This document shows positions 41,501 through 55,409 of a DNA stretch of 64,000 bases, piece after piece. Below the pieces are notes generated by a model. It ran no database searches. It was not told the origin of the DNA and saw only the letters and a program-made list of their open reading frames with translations. Numbering within the stretch: position 1 is the stretch's first letter; each line of letters opens with the position of its first letter. Source of the DNA: Phaeosaccion multiseriatum (lineage: Eukaryota > Protista > Ochrophyta, other classes); assembly GCA_965112735.1 (NCBI GenBank), contig OZ218951.1, positions 3,348,001 to 3,412,000 on the forward strand, in the 5' to 3' direction. The translations under genes and the position numbers were made by a program.

Positions 41501-44500
41501 TCTGTTCTACTCTGTCCTCTCCCCCCCGCCCCGTCTCTCTCTCCCTCTCTTTCTGTTGATGTACCTACCGTGTTCTTGTCAGCGTCGAAGCCCCTGGCGC
41601 AAGAGCCCACAACGAGGCACACTCCGTCGGGTTTCTTACCCCACCGCACCTGGGGGTTATCAGGAGTGGGGTATGGGGTATGGGGTAGAGGGTATGGGGT
41701 ATGGGGTATGGGGTATAGGGTGTAGGGTATGGGGTATGGGGTATAGGGTATGGGGTATAGGGTATGGGGTGTGGGGTATGGGGTATGGGGTATGGGGTAT
41801 GGGGTATAGGGTATGGGGTATAGGGTATGGGGTGTGGGGTATGGGGTGTTGGACGTGGAATTGCATGCTGCAGAGAGCGAGAAAAAAAGAGAGGCGTAGA
41901 GCGAGAGAGAGAAAGAGACACGGAGAGAGGCCTAGAGACACAGAGAGAGCTAAAAAGAGGGATAGAGCTAGAAAGAGCGAGAGCTAAAAAGAGGGATAGA
42001 GCTAGAAAGAGAGAGAGCTAAAAAGAGGGATAGAGCTAGAAAGATAGAGCGCTGGAGAGAGAGAGAGAGAGAGAGACACAGAGAGAGAGAGACAGAGAGA
42101 GAGCTAGAGAGAGAGGTCCATACCATACCTGCCGCACGATGGGGGAGGCGTTGCCCATACAGTCCAGCACAAGCCGACAGGTCAGAGGGCCGCTGTTGCT
42201 GCTGCTTGTATCGCTGCTTTTATCGCTACTAGCAGTGCTGCCAATGTCGAGGGCGGCGCCGTTGGCGTGCACGCAGATGCCGTCGATGGATGTGTTTTCG
42301 AGCACAACTCCGCCTGATAGGGATGGGTAGGAAGAGAGAGAGAGAGGGAGGTAGGAGGGAGGGAGGGGGATGGGGGGTGGAAAGGGGGGCAGGGAGGGAG
42401 GGAGGGATGAATGAAGAGGGGCGGGCGGGGTAGGATAGGAAGGATCAGGATCAGGAGGGGGGGGGGGGGGGGGGTAAGGGCAAGAGTCTTCCTTCTGTAC
42501 TCCTGCTGTACTGTCCTTACCCTGTCCTTCCGCTGTACAGTCCTTCCACTGTCCTTCCACACTGTACCACCTACCTGCGTTGACGAAGTTGTTCCTGGCT
42601 CTCTCCACAAGTGTGTTGGGGCTCACCCCCATGTTCAATACGTCGTCACAGAAGACCTCTGTGCCCATTCCATCCGAGTCCTGTGGGAGTGGAGAAGAGA
42701 GTAGGAGTGAGTTGGACCGCGGAATGAAACCGAGGCAGGCAGGCAGGCTGTTCTGTGGTTGCTTTGCTTGCTGGATTGACTTCCTTGCGTGATAACCTAA
42801 CCTTACCTGTTCGTCTCTCTTGAAGCCCTGATGGGGGAGAGAGGGACGAGGGGAGGGAGAAGAGGGGGGCTTAGGGAAGAGGAGAGGAGGAAAGAGGGGG
42901 AGGAGGGGGGAAGGACCGCACCGTACACCACACTCTACACAAAGCACAAGCAGGAAGGTCAGTCAGTCAGTCAGTCACTCTTCCACCTACTCCCCTGCTC
43001 ACTCACTCACTCTCTCAATCACTCACTCCCTCCCTCCCTCCCTCCCTCACTCACTCACTTGACTGCTTACTTACCGCTCTGAGGGGGTTGAATCGAATAT
43101 TGATGGCGGCCTTCTTGTCCTCTTCCGTCAGGACCCCCTCCCCAACCACCTGGTGTAGGGCCGGCCAGTTTCAGTTTCAGTTTCGGTAACAATTTCAGGT
43201 TCAGCGAGAGTTTCAGGTCATCACCACCCCACGATTTGCTCACCTCGTCGAGCTCGGCTTCGCTGATATTCCACTCCTGCTCTCGGCCCCTGCAGTAATA
43301 GTCAAGACAAGAAGGCAGAGTCAAGTGGTGGAGGAGGAGGAGGTGGAGGAGGTGGAGGAGAAAGGGACTTACTTCCTATTGCTCACGCTCCCTAGGTAGA
43401 TATGACTGGTGAATACGTTTGCCCGCCCCGCACCGCACCTCCCACCCTCCCTCCTTCCCTCTCCTCCCTCCTTCCTTCCCTCTTCTCCCTCCCTCCCTCC
43501 CTCCCTCCTTCCTTCCCTCTTCTCCCTCCCTCCCTCCCTCCCTACTTCCTTCCTTCCCTCTCCTCCCTCTCTCCCTCCCTCCCTCCTATGTTCCCTCTCC
43601 TTCTTCCTTCCCTCTCTCCCCTCCTTCCTTCCTTTCTTCCTTCCCTCTCCTCCCTCCCTCCCTCTCTCCCTCTCCCTTCCACCGTCCATCCATCCCTCCC
43701 TCCCGGCCTCGCCAGCCCTCCCTCCTCTCCTCCCTCCTCTCCTCTCTCCTCTCCTCCCTCCCTGCGCACCTCAGAGGGCCCCTCTCGACAACGACGACGG
43801 AGAAACCTCTGAGCTGCAGGGCTGTGGCCATAAAGATACCCAGGGTACCTGGAGTCAGCAGGAAGATGGCCAGGGGATGGCCAGGGGGGAGACGGGAGAG
43901 GGGAGAGGCCACAGGGCAGCGGGCCGGAGAGAGAGGAGGGGGAGGCGAGGGCCGAGCTTGAGCATGACAAGATGATGGATGAGTTGGGGGGGGGTTGGTT
44001 ACGGCTCGGACCGGGTCAGAGGAGAGGCATCTGCTGCCATCCATCCACCCCCACGGACGCACGTTCAACCCCCACTGCGCAGCACGCACGGTGTATCGCT
44101 TTCCAAGCCGTAATCCCGACAGTGTCAGCCTATGCCCCCCTCTGGCTGGCTGGCTGGCCTGGCCTGCCTGGTAAGAGCAAATGAGCTTTTGCGACACCAC
44201 TTCGCTCCTCTCCTACTGCCTTGCTGCTTTGCCCTTGCCTTAGTTACGCACGCACCTCCACAGACGGCCACATCGTACTCGGGCTGCTGTAAGAGCCTGG
44301 AGCCGCTCTCAGTGACGAAGGTCGGGGCTGGCCCGGCCTCTTTGCCCTCCTTCATGTTCCTCAACGCTGTCCACCCCCTGTCTGCTCCTTGCAGACCCTT
44401 GAAGGTGCTACTCCACACACACAGAGAGAGAGATAGATATATAGATCGAGGGGAGAGGGAGAGGGAGAGCAATGGAGAGGGTGAGGGGGAGAGAGAGAAT

Positions 44501-44949
44501 AGTCACGGGGAAAGACGGAGGGTGGACGTCCCGTCCTGTCAAAAGCACCTCACCACCTACCTGCTCCCTCCAGCTCCAGATGCCTGTGCCTCGCTCGGCA
44601 TTCCCTCCATGATGCGCTGAGCAAGGAAGGAGGCGGGACAAAGTGTACTTTCATTTCAGATCAATGCCCTCCTCAAGAGGTCCCCATTTCTGCCTCCTAC
44701 CTGGGTTCTGCTCTTTGGGGCATCCGCTGACATTTGATACACACGTCTCCCACCGTACTTCCGGACGGCTGAGCCCCCGCGCGCAACCGCCGGGCCTACC
44801 CCATTCGAATTAACGAAGGCTGACAAAGTGGGTAGAAAGGGGAGCGACAGGGCGAGCAGAGGAAGGGCATTGGACGACCTTCTCCGCCGCCGCCGCTGCG
44901 ACACGGTCCCCGTGCTCGCCCCATCTCGAGGACACACCAGCGCACTCAT
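38553..44949 (-). CDS. cruP: CruP-type lycopene cyclase paralogue / FAD-dependent oxidoreductase, plastid-targeted
   Basis: Leader ..LPLLALSLPFLPTLSAFV (ASAF-like); EYDVAVCGG|TLGIFMATALQLRG..VVERG; GREQEWNIS; LVLDCMGNASPIVRQ; KPDGVCLVVGSCARGF; QYFWEAFPAGSG; IGDASGMQSPLSFGGF; PFLQDVVQFGPL; AWEFGSGLDY. Confidence 0.85.
40749..41008 (-). repeat. 25-bp intronic minisatellite (about 10 units) starting at the donor
   Basis: Sense unit GTAAGGAAGGGGGAGGGG(GTGAGT/GCAAGT)G. Confidence 0.9.
41667..41847 (+). repeat. (GGGGTAT/AGGGTAT)n heptamer array in a cruP intron
   Basis: Reverse complement of the 17030-17620 family. Confidence 0.85.
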
Positions 44950-45135
44950 TCTTGGGGGGTTTATTACCCTCCCTTTTTAGAGATGACTCACTTTTTAGAG
45001 AAAAAGAAAAAGAAAAAGAATATGTCAATGAAGCCCAAAATTGGGCCTTCGTGTCCTCACGCGGGCTCTCTCACAAAGAACAACCGACACCGTAGGTGTG
45101 TGACCGCGAGATGGCGCCTCTCCTGCTGCAACAGC

Positions 45136-48100
45136 ATGGCGTGGGAGTCTGCTGCTGGGTACTTCTTGTTGCTGCTCTTTGCGTTGGAGGTGAGTCGTAC
45201 AGCAGCTGCTCAAAGTACTAAGAGGATGAAGTCGTACAGCACCTGTTCTCAGAAGCAGAGGCGTATATATATATATATATATATAGGGCGCGGCATACGA
45301 CTGAAACTCTTTGTGTGCTGATTTGGTAGCTCGGGCTGGTGGTGAGACAGGCAGCCCTCGTTGTCGGCTTCTCAAGACACATGCGTTTCGTTTGAAAAAC
45401 ATGTGGGGCAGGAGAAGCTTCCTGCTTCTTGGATTGCCTCTGTATGCTTTGCGTATGTGCATAACGAGATGGAAGATTTGCATATGCTGAGTCGATATTG
45501 GGGCCTAGGAGCAGCAGCACGGCGACTGAGGGAGGCCACGACTCGTGGGAGGCGTGTCGCGGGTCTGCACCAGCACCGTCACCTGTAGCACCAGTTACAT
45601 GGCTCGACAGCCCACGACGCACGAACGACCAGTATACAACGCACGAAAGCTCTCTGGTCTATCTACCCCTATACCCCTCATGCCACCTCGCTCCACCTCC
45701 GCCCTTCCTCGAGTCGTCCTCGTCCTTACGGATGCTCTGCTCTCTCCTTTTTTTATTTCCTCTCTCTCCTCTCTCTCTGTGTATAAATCTCTCCCGTCTC
45801 TCTCTTCCCCTTCTTCTCCTGCGACAGACTCTTGGGCTTGGACAGGCGCAGGAACGTTTCGGGGGGTGCCCGGAGCAAAAGGAGCAGCCTCTACTCGTAG
45901 TTCCGGCAGCAGCCGCAGCCGCAGCAGTAGCAGTAGCAGTAGCTGCTGGCAGGAAGGGAGGCGGAGGAGGCAGGGCGGTGGCGCATTGGGGGTAGGGGGG
46001 AGCTTGCGTGAGTCAGTTGGCGATGGGGAGCGGGGCAGCCCTCTGCGCAGGCTGTCGACAGCGTGGAGGAGGGCCAGGGGGAGGGGTACGAGGGGAGTAA
46101 CGAGCAGCACGAGGACGGATGCTGCAGTAGGGGCAGTACTAGGCGAGGGGGGAGCGAGGCACACACAGAGGCACCGATGGCACCGATTCGGGAGGGGGGG
46201 GCAGCAGTGTCTGCATAGGTTGCCATCCAGTGCAGCAGACATTGACAGCAGTACCGCACCCACCCCCACCAAGCACAAGGGTTTCCGACTCGACCTTGGC
46301 AAGGGCTTGAGGGAGGACTTTGCCGGGCGTAGGGGAATCTACATGAGCGATTGGACGGATGGAGTGGCAAAGAAGACCATTCCCGCGGTGCTCTTTCTGT
46401 ACTTTGCGTGCATCCTCCCCGCGGTGGCCTTCGGGGGCATTGCTACGCAGGTGGGTGGAGGGCGTGGGTGGGTGGAACGTGTGTGCATGTGTGCGTGGGC
46501 GGGCGGGTGCGTGTTTTTCGTCATCAAGCTCTCTTTCTCTCTCTCCCTCTCTGTCTCTCTCTCTGTCTCTGTCTGTCTCTCTTCTCTTCCCCGGTTTTAT
46601 CTGTCTGTCTGTCGCTCTCCCTCTCGTCTCACCCACCCACCCATCTCCCCCCCCCCCCCTCGCCCCCCTTCCGTGCAGGTGACGGGCGGCGCCCTCGGAG
46701 TGATCGAATACCTCATTGCGTGTGGCACGGGAGGCATGGCCTTTTCGATCTTCTCGGGGCAACCCATGACCTTCATCGGGCCCACCGGCCTCACCTTGGC
46801 CTTCATCACTGCCCTCTCCGGCTTTACCAGCGTCATGGCCCTGCCGTTCTTGCCCATGTATGCTTGGGTAGGGGTGTGGACAAGCTTCTTCCTGTGCACC
46901 TTGTCCATGCTCAACGCGTGTGATTTGGTCAAGTACGCCACGCAGTTTACAGACGATGTGTTCAATGCGCTGCTCGCCGTCAACTTCATCTATGAGGTGA
47001 GGGACGGAGGCAGGGGAGGAGAGGGAGGGAGGCAGGCAGGAGGGACGCAGGCAGGAGGGAGGCAGGCAGGAGGGAGGGAGGGAGGGAGGGAGGCAGGGGA
47101 GTAGAGGGAGGAAGGGAGGGAGAGAGGGAGGGAGGGGAGGAGAGGGAGGAAGGGAGGGAGGGAGGGGAGTAGAGGGAGGAAGGGAGGCAGGGAGGGAGTG
47201 GGAGGAGAGGGAGGAAGGGAGGGAGGGAGGGAGGCAGGAGGGAAGGGAGGCAGGGAAGTAGAGGGAGGGAGGGAGGCAGGGAGGGAGTGGAGGAGAGGAA
47301 GGAAGGGAGGAAGGCAGGGAGGCAGGGAGGAAGGCAGGGAGGCAGGGGGAGAGAGGCGCCTCTGCCCATCCATCCACTACCGTCCATCCCTCCATCATCC
47401 ATCCACTACCACCTGATCACATCCACTGCCATCCATCCCTCGCCCCCCCCCCCCCTCAGGCCCTGCGGAGTCTGCTGCGGAACTTCTCTGCGTCCGGCAC
47501 GGACAAAAGCGGCGCCTTCATGGCACTGAACATCGCTGCCGTTACATATTCAGCCACCAGGAAGGCCACCGCGGTGAGTTTGGGCTGGTGAGGGCGGATG
47601 GCAGTGGATGGGGGGCCGGCGGGCTGTTACTTGGTTGGCTGGCTGGTTCTTGCTTGGTTGCCTGGTTGGCAGGCTGGTTGGTTGGTTGTGGTTAAGTGGT
47701 TGGGTTGTTGGTTAAGTGGTTGGGTGGTTGGTTGATTGGTTGGCTGACTCACTGACTTCCCTCCCCTCCCTTCCTCCCTTTTCCCCTCCCCTCCCTCTTT
47801 CCCGTCCCCTCCTCTCCCCCTCCCCTCCCCTCCCCTCCTCTCCCTCTTTCCCGTCCCCTCCCCCTCCCCTCCCTTCCCCTTCCCTCCCTCCCCTCCCTCT
47901 TTCCCTCCCTCTTCCCCTCCCCTCCCCTCCCTCTTCCTTCCTTCCTGCCCAGGCCCGCGATTCATCGTATTTCACCAACCGTCTCCGCGAGATCATCAGC
48001 GACTTCGGCCCTGTGCTTGTGATTGTGGCTATGACGGCGGTATGCCGCATCCCTTCCTTCGCCGCTCTGGGGCTTGACTTCCTGGAGGTGAGGTTGATAG

Positions 48101-50238
48101 GAGGGAGGAGGGAGAGAGAAATAGGCGAGGAGAGGGATGAGAGGGGAGGGAGAGACAGAGAGACAAGAGAGAGAGGCGGAGGGAGATACGCCTCCTGCTG
48201 CTGTGTATCCAACTGCTGCTGCCCGCTTTGTGCGGGCCAACCGCCGCCCCTGTCCTGACACCCATGACCCCCTGCATCCCTCTATCCTGACACCCATGAC
48301 CCCTGTACCCCTTATGCCCGAACACCTATCCCCCCAGGTGCCCACCCGCTTCATGCTGGCCAACAGCCGCCCCTGGCTCGTGGACATGGCCTCTGTGCCC
48401 ATGAAGCTGAGGTGGCTCTCTGCGCTGCCTGCGGGCCTGCTCACGGTGCGTAGTGTTACATGAGTGTTACGTAATATGAGCGGGCGTATGGGCACATGGG
48501 ATCAAAATCACATCCTGCGAGAGAGAGAGAGAGAGAGAGAGAGGCAGCGAGTGGGATTGGATAGGCACTGCGCTGCTTGCCTTGCTTGTCTTGCTTGCCT
48601 TGCTTGCTGACTCATTGTGCCGTCTTGTCTTTTCTTCAGACACTCTTCTTCCTGGACCAGAACATCTCAGCCCGTGTGGTGAACAGTCCCAAGAATCGAA
48701 TGACCAAGCCCCCCGCCTACCACATAGACATTCTCGTGCTCGGTAAGTGGACTGGAGCCTTGCTCTTAAGCCCCTTACGGACCAGCCATTCATTAGGGGT
48801 CTACTAAACTGAAACTGAAACTATGCTCTCGGGAAGAAATGAGAGCCCTGCGGGTTGTTCCTCACTCTACTCTACTCGTCCCCCGCTGTAGCTGACTCCT
48901 ATACCCTATACCCTACCGCTGCAGCTGACCCCTATACCCTACCCGTACTCCGTACTGTCATTTGGCCGCCTCCCCTCCTCCTCCTCCTCCTCCTCCTCCT
49001 CCTCCTCCTCCTCCTCCTCCTCCTCCTCCTCCTCCTCCTCCTCCTCCTCCTCCTCCTCCCTCTCCTACTCCTCCTCCTCCTCCTCCTCCCCCCCTCCTCC
49101 TCCTCCCCCCTCTCCTCCTCCTCCTCCTCCTCCTCCTCCTCCTCCTCCTCCTCCTCCTCCTCCTCCTCCTCCTCCTCCTCCTCCTCCTCCTCCTCGTCGT
49201 CCTCCTCTCCTCTGCCCCCTCCCCTCCCCCCTTCTCCCCTCTCTACCCCTCACCTCCAGGCGTCATCACCTTCTTCCTGAGCATCTTTGGCCTTCCCTGG
49301 CAATGCGCCGCCACTGTCCAATCCCTCAACCACGTTCGCGCAATGACCGTGACCAGGCGAGAAGTCGTGGAGCCCCCACCCACTCAAGCAGCCGCCCAAG
49401 CCACAACGCAAGCACAAGCAGTGGACAAGGCCGTAACCGTAGGTGATAGTGACAGCCAGCAGCAGCAGCAGCAGCAGCAGCAGGTGGCTGAGACGGGGGC
49501 GAAGGAGTCGAGCAGCTCAGAGGCAGCGGCGACGGCGGATGGCAAGATGGAGACACGAGAGGTATGGGTGGGCATCACCGAGACGCGGCTCACCGGCTTT
49601 ATGATCCATGCCATGGTACTGATGAGCCTCGGCCTTCTGCCCGCCTTGAGCCTCATTCCCATGCCTGTCGTCAGCGGTATCTTCCTCTACTTGGGAAGGA
49701 AGGTGCGTGCGTGCGTGCGTGCGTGCGTGCGTAGGGGGCTGGGTGTGCGTGGATGTGTGTATGCGTGGATGGGTGGGTGGGTGGGTGGGTGGGTGGGTGG
49801 GTTAGACACCCTTCGGCAGACCTCTGACTTGACCTAACCCCACTCCTCACCGCACCTCACCTCACCCCCTCGATTGTTCCTGTGGCTGCACTTGCTGCCG
49901 ACCTGCCTGGCTTCCTGCCTCCTGCCTGCCTGCTGCCAACCTGCCTGCCTGCCTTCCTGCGTGCGTGCTTGCTGCCTTCCTGCATGCCTGGCCATACTCT
50001 GTCCTTATTCCCCCCCCCCCCGGCTTGTGCCCCCACCCCCTCCTTCAGGTGATGAGCGGTAACGGTTTCTTGAACCGTATCAAGCAGCTTGCGGCCGATC
50101 AGACTCTTCTCTCCCCCTCCTCCTCTGTGCGGAAGCTTGGCTACGGCCCCAACCTGCGCTACACCTCTGTGCAAGTGGCCATGCTCAGTCTGCTGTGGAC
50201 GCTCAAGAGCTTCAAGTCGGTAAGTGCTGTGCCGTGCA

Positions 50239-50327
<89 letters not shown>

Positions 50328-50591
50328 CGAGAGTGTGTGTGTACGTGTGTGTGTGCGTGTGTGTGCGTGTGTGTCTTTGTGTGTGCGTGTGTGTGTGCGT
50401 GTGGTTGGGCGGAGCGGGGCTGGGCGAAGCATGCCTTCATTGCAAGCAAATCGAAGCCAAGAGCCAAGCGGCGGCGGTGCCCGTCCCCAGGCTGACCCTC
50501 ACCCGCTAACCCTCACCCTCACCTTCACCTTCACCTTCACCCTCTCACCCTCACCCCCTCACCCTCTCACCCTCTCACCCTCTCACCCTCT

Positions 50592-50622
<31 letters not shown>

Positions 50623-51087
50623 TCACCCTCACCCTCGCCCTCGCCCTCACTCTCATACTCTCATTCTCACCCTCAACCTCTCACCCTCACCCTCGCCCTC
50701 GCCCTCACCCTCATACTCTCATTCTCACCCTCACCCTCGCCCTCACCCTCACCCTCATCCTCTCTCCACCACCCTCACCCTTAACCCTCTCACCACCACC
50801 TTCACGCTCACCCTCTCACCCCTCCCCCTCCCCTCCGTGCCTCCTCTTTGTCTGATACTCCTCCTCCTCTTCCTCCTCCTCTTCCTCCTCCTCCTCCTCC
50901 TCCTCCTCCTCCTCCTCCTCCTCCTCCTCCTCCTCTTCCTCCTCCTCCTCCTCCTCTCCTTGCAAACCCACAGACGTCGCTGTTCTTCCCCAGTGTGATT
51001 GGTCTGCTGATAATCATCCGCTCGCTGCTGCTACCCAAGCTCTTCACCAAAGAGCAGCTCGACCAGCTCGACTCCTCAGTGGGATAA
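45136..51087 (+). CDS. SLC4-family bicarbonate/anion transporter (HCO3- cotransporter/BOR-like); 5' exons uncertain
   Basis: [139 protein letters not shown] candidate first exon [18 protein letters not shown] is signal-peptide-like. Confidence 0.92.
50495..50822 (+). repeat. (CCCTCA)n telomere-variant-like hexamer array in the last SLC4 intron
   Basis: Directly visible; includes CTAACCCT variants. Confidence 0.8.
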
Positions 51088-51356
51088 AAGGAGGCATCAT
51101 GGAGGCGTGTGGTGTCAATGTCGGGATGAATAGTGTGGGATAATGCCTCAGGGATGGAGGCATATCAAGATGGAGACTTGGCCATACAATAGGAAGAAAG
51201 AGAGACTTATGGCCTCTCTCTCTCTCTTGTGGAGAGAAGAGGAGAAGGAGAAGGAGGAGAAGGAGGAGGAGGAGGAGGAGGAGGAGGAGGAGGAGGAGGA
51301 GGAGGCAAGGGGAGGGGGGCGCCGTTGTGGGTATGTTGCGATGGAATTCAGATTTG

Positions 51357-51391
<35 letters not shown>

Positions 51392-52352
51392 TGGGAAGGA
51401 TGAAGAGAGGGAGGGGGGTGTCTGGACACGCAATGCTACCAAGGGCATATACCAAGGGTATACAAACGGTAAAGGAGGAGAAGAAAAAGGGGAGATGAAG
51501 AAGCAGCATGAAGAAGCATCTCCCATCGTGCAGGGCGGGGCTGGACAGGGCAGGCCAGTGAAAGGTGGTACTTGCATCCACCGTCATGAATGAGCAAACG
51601 GGATGGCAGTGGATGTGGGAATCCCTCCCTCCTTCCACGCAATCAACACAAGTCGTTTCCTTTTCCGGTCTATTGGCGAGCACCGTGCAGGCAGGGGGTG
51701 GGTGGGATGGCAGTGGATGTGGGAATCTCAACTGCCACAAGGAGTGGGGGGCGGAGGGAGGGACGCGAGGCCGCCGCCTTAGTTTCTTTCCTCCTCATGT
51801 ATACAGTAGCAAATCGTTTGATAAAATGAAACGGTACGGGATGGTCAGCAAGACAAAGAAAAGGGGTTGGTGAATCCATGCATCCATCCTTCTATCCTTC
51901 TTGTGAAGTTACGCATTTATCCATCCTTGTTGTGACCGCAGCTCCATGCAACTGCACGAGAGACTCAGAGAGGCGTCTTGCAGCAGCAGCAGCAACAGCA
52001 CCCCCTCCCTCTCTCTATCTCTCTCTCCTCTCTCTCTCCCTCTCTCCCTCTCTCTCTCTCTCTCTCCCTCTCTGTCTCTCTCTCCTCTCTCTCTCTCTCT
52101 CTCCGTCTCTCTCTCTCTCTCTCTCTCTTTCCGTCTCTCCCTCTCTCTCTCTCTCCCTCCCTCCCTCCCTGCTTGCCTGCCTCCACGCACCCCCCCCAAT
52201 CTTCGTACACTCCTCTCTATAAAAAGCCCCCTCTCGCGCCTACTACCATAAGGAGTTGGTCGTAAATCCGTAAATCCTTAAGTACTTTAGTACTACACAA
52301 AGTACTTACTTAATATTGTATGTGAGTCCTTGTCCTTCCTTCTTCCTTCTTC

Positions 52353-55300
52353 CTACGATGGAAACGCCCTCCGACCCGCTCTCCCCGATGCCGCATCACC
52401 CCCCCCTGGTGCCGCTGCCTGAGACGGCCCCCCACCCTTTCGAGCCTTGCCCCCCCTCCTCCCCCCCCCGCCGCCACCCCTGCCCCCACCCCCTTTGGAG
52501 TCTTGCGAGGAGGAGGAGGAGGAGGAGGAGGAACGCATGTCCATACCCCCCCCCATGTAGTCATCATCAATGTCCATCCCCCCACCCCTCCCGCGTGCGC
52601 CCCCCTGCAGCCGCAGGAAGAGAATCAGCACTGCCCCTGCAAGTACACCCCCGATGTGCGCTACGCTGTTGGTGCGCGAGACTCCTTCGTCCCCGACCAT
52701 GTGAAGCTCATTCATGAGAGAGGACCCCACAAAGGCGCCGAGCACGGGGATATCGATGAGACTGAGCAATTATATGTGACAAGGCCAAGCGGCAGGCAAG
52801 GGCGGAGAGCACGGCACCAGCCAGAGCCGAGCCAAGCCAAGCCAAGCCAAGCCAAGCAAAGCAAAGCCAAGCCAAGCCAAGCCAAGCCAAGCCAAGCCAA
52901 GCCAAGCCAAGCCAAGCCAAGCCAAGCCAAGCCAAGCCAAGCCAAGCCAAGCCAAGCAAAGCCAAGCAAAGCAGAACAAGTAGAAGGTGCAGCAGCAGGT
53001 GCAGAAGCAGGTGTGTGTGTGTGTGAGAGTGGGGGCCGGGACCGACAACGAGTTTCCCGGCTGATTGGAACACCCCCCCATCTCCCTCCTTCACCTTCTT
53101 CCTGTTACACCTTGCTGTTCTCCGCCCATCCCCTTACCAGGCACTCCCACCCCCAACCACCCCACCCCACTCCACCCACTACGATAGCTATCCATCCACT
53201 GCCATCACCCCACCCCACTCCACCCACTACGATAGCTATCCATCCACTGCCATCACCCCACCCCACTCCACCCACTACGATAGCTATCCATCCACTGCCA
53301 TCACCCCACCCCACTCCACCCACTACGATAGCTATCCATCCACTGCCATCACCCCACCCCACTCCACCCACTACGATAGCTATCCATCCACTGCCATCAC
53401 CCAATCCCACTCCACCCACCTTCTCCATGTGACTCCAACCACCCCATCCCACTCCACCCACTACGATAGCTATCCATCCACTGCCATCACCCCACCCCAC
53501 TCCACCCACTACGATAGCTATCCATCCACTGCCATCACCCCATCCCACTCCACCCACTACGACAGCTATCCATCCACTGCCATCACCCAATCCCACTCCA
53601 CCCACCTTCTCCATGTGACTCCAACCACCCCATCCCACTCCACCCACTACGATAGCTATCCATCCACTGCCATCACCCCACCCCACTCCACCGACTACGA
53701 TAGCTATCCATCCACTGCCATCACCCAATCCCACTCCACCCACCTTCTCCATGTGACTCCAACCACCCCACCCCACTCCACCCACTACGATAGCTATCCA
53801 TCCACTGCCATCACCCAATCCCACTCCACCCACCTTCTCCATGTGACTCCAACCACCCCACCCCACTCCACCCACTACGATAGCTATCCATCCACTGCCA
53901 TCACCCAATCCCACTCCACCCACCTTCTCCATGTGACTCCAACCACCCCACCCCACTCCACCCACTACGATAGCTATCCATCCACTGCCATCACCCCACC
54001 CCACTCCACCCACCTTCTCCATGTGACTCCTCTGAGGGGAAATAGCTTGCCCAAAACGGACACCACGTAGAGGCCAAAGATGGAGCCTGACGCGCCGAGG
54101 CCGATGACGTTCTTGGGTAGGAGGAGCAGGCTGATCGCAGAGGAGGCGATGCCGCACACAAAGAAGGACAGGAGGAAACCTGTGGGGTGGGTATTGGTGC
54201 GATTCGTTGGAAGGAAGTTGGATTGGGGATAAGAGGAGGAGGAGGAGGAGGAGGAGGAGGAGGAGAAGGAGGAGAGGTGGTGGTGGCGGTGGTGATGGTG
54301 GAGGAGGAGCAGGAGGAGCAGCAGGAGGAGAAATAGGAAGAGGAAGAGAGACATGGCCAACCGAGGAGGGCCCGGGGGGGGGAGTTGAGTTTGGGTCATG
54401 GTTAGACTTGTATCCATATCAACAACACCAGCACTGAGAACGAAGCAGGATGGGCCCTTCTCGAAGTGTGCTTCTTGTCGCTCCACAAGCAAGCTCCTCG
54501 ATCCTCTTCTCTCTTCCCTTCTCCCCTCCCCGTCCCTCCTCAGCTCGCTCACACCCTCCTTCCCTCCTTGGTCCTCTCACCTATAGCCCCCAAGTCCTCT
54601 TCCACCATCTTGCCAAACACGAGCAGACCGAACATATTGCCCAGGAGGTGCTCCCACCCGTCGTGGCAGAAGAGGCTGGTGGCCGGCTGCCACCACTTCG
54701 GCTGCCAGTGGTTTAGCATGAGGGCGTAGGCAAAGTTGATGTGAAGCACCTTTTGCAGTAGGAAGGTTGCTAGACAACCCATCACAATCACATAGCATGC
54801 AAAGCCCGTCGCTGGTGGTCTATCCAGCCGCTGCCTCCGCCCCATCCCCCCTCTACTACTTGCTGTCGCCGCACCTCGGCTGCCGCTGCCCCCGGGTGGC
54901 CCTCCTCCTTGTTCATAGTAGGCTGCTGGTCCTCCTCCGAACCGCCCCCCGGGTGCTGCCCCGCCTTGCCACCCCCCCTCTCCCCTTCCCCCACCACCAC
55001 GTCCCCACTCCTCCTCCTCGTCGCTTTCCCAATCGCCCTCCTCCTGCAATGGAGGGGGTGTCCCCTGTTGCTCTCGAGGCCGCCTGTTGCCTCGGCCTTG
55101 CGCTGCCCCTGCCCCTCTCCTCCTGCTGCTGCTCCCTCCCGCCCCCTGCTGCGGAGGGGACGCCCCCCCTCGTATGCTCCTGAGAAGGCTCGTGGACTGA
55201 AGACAGTGACTATTCAATCCTGTTCTTGCACAACTGCGCGGCTGCCCTCTTGTGGACTTGACTTCGAGCTGAGGAGAGGAACAAGTTTTGACTGCTGCCG

Positions 55301-55409
55301 CTGCTGCTGCTGCTTCTACTGGGAGGAGGGAAAGCAGGCCTGCCGTCACTGCCCCTGAGTAGAGGCAGCACACGACTGCAGCCATGTTAGGCATCAAAGA
55401 GGGCCGCAT
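52353..55409 (-). CDS. Rhomboid intramembrane serine protease, 3 exons (55409-54581, 54179-54014, 52761-52353)
   Basis: WWQPATSLFCHDGWEHLLGNM, catalytic GASG, AHIGGVLAG. Hydrophobic N-terminal leader; splice phases consistent. Confidence 0.92.
53150..54030 (-). repeat. Compound 48/42-bp intronic minisatellite containing copies of the exon end and donor
   Basis: The + strand CACCTTCTCCATGTGACTCC occurs at 53417, 53603, 53741, 53831, 53921 and at the true junction 54011. Confidence 0.92.

Noticed and set aside
53105-54157. 350-aa Gly/Trp-rich repeat ORF
   Set aside because: Intronic minisatellite, out of frame with the rhomboid exon.
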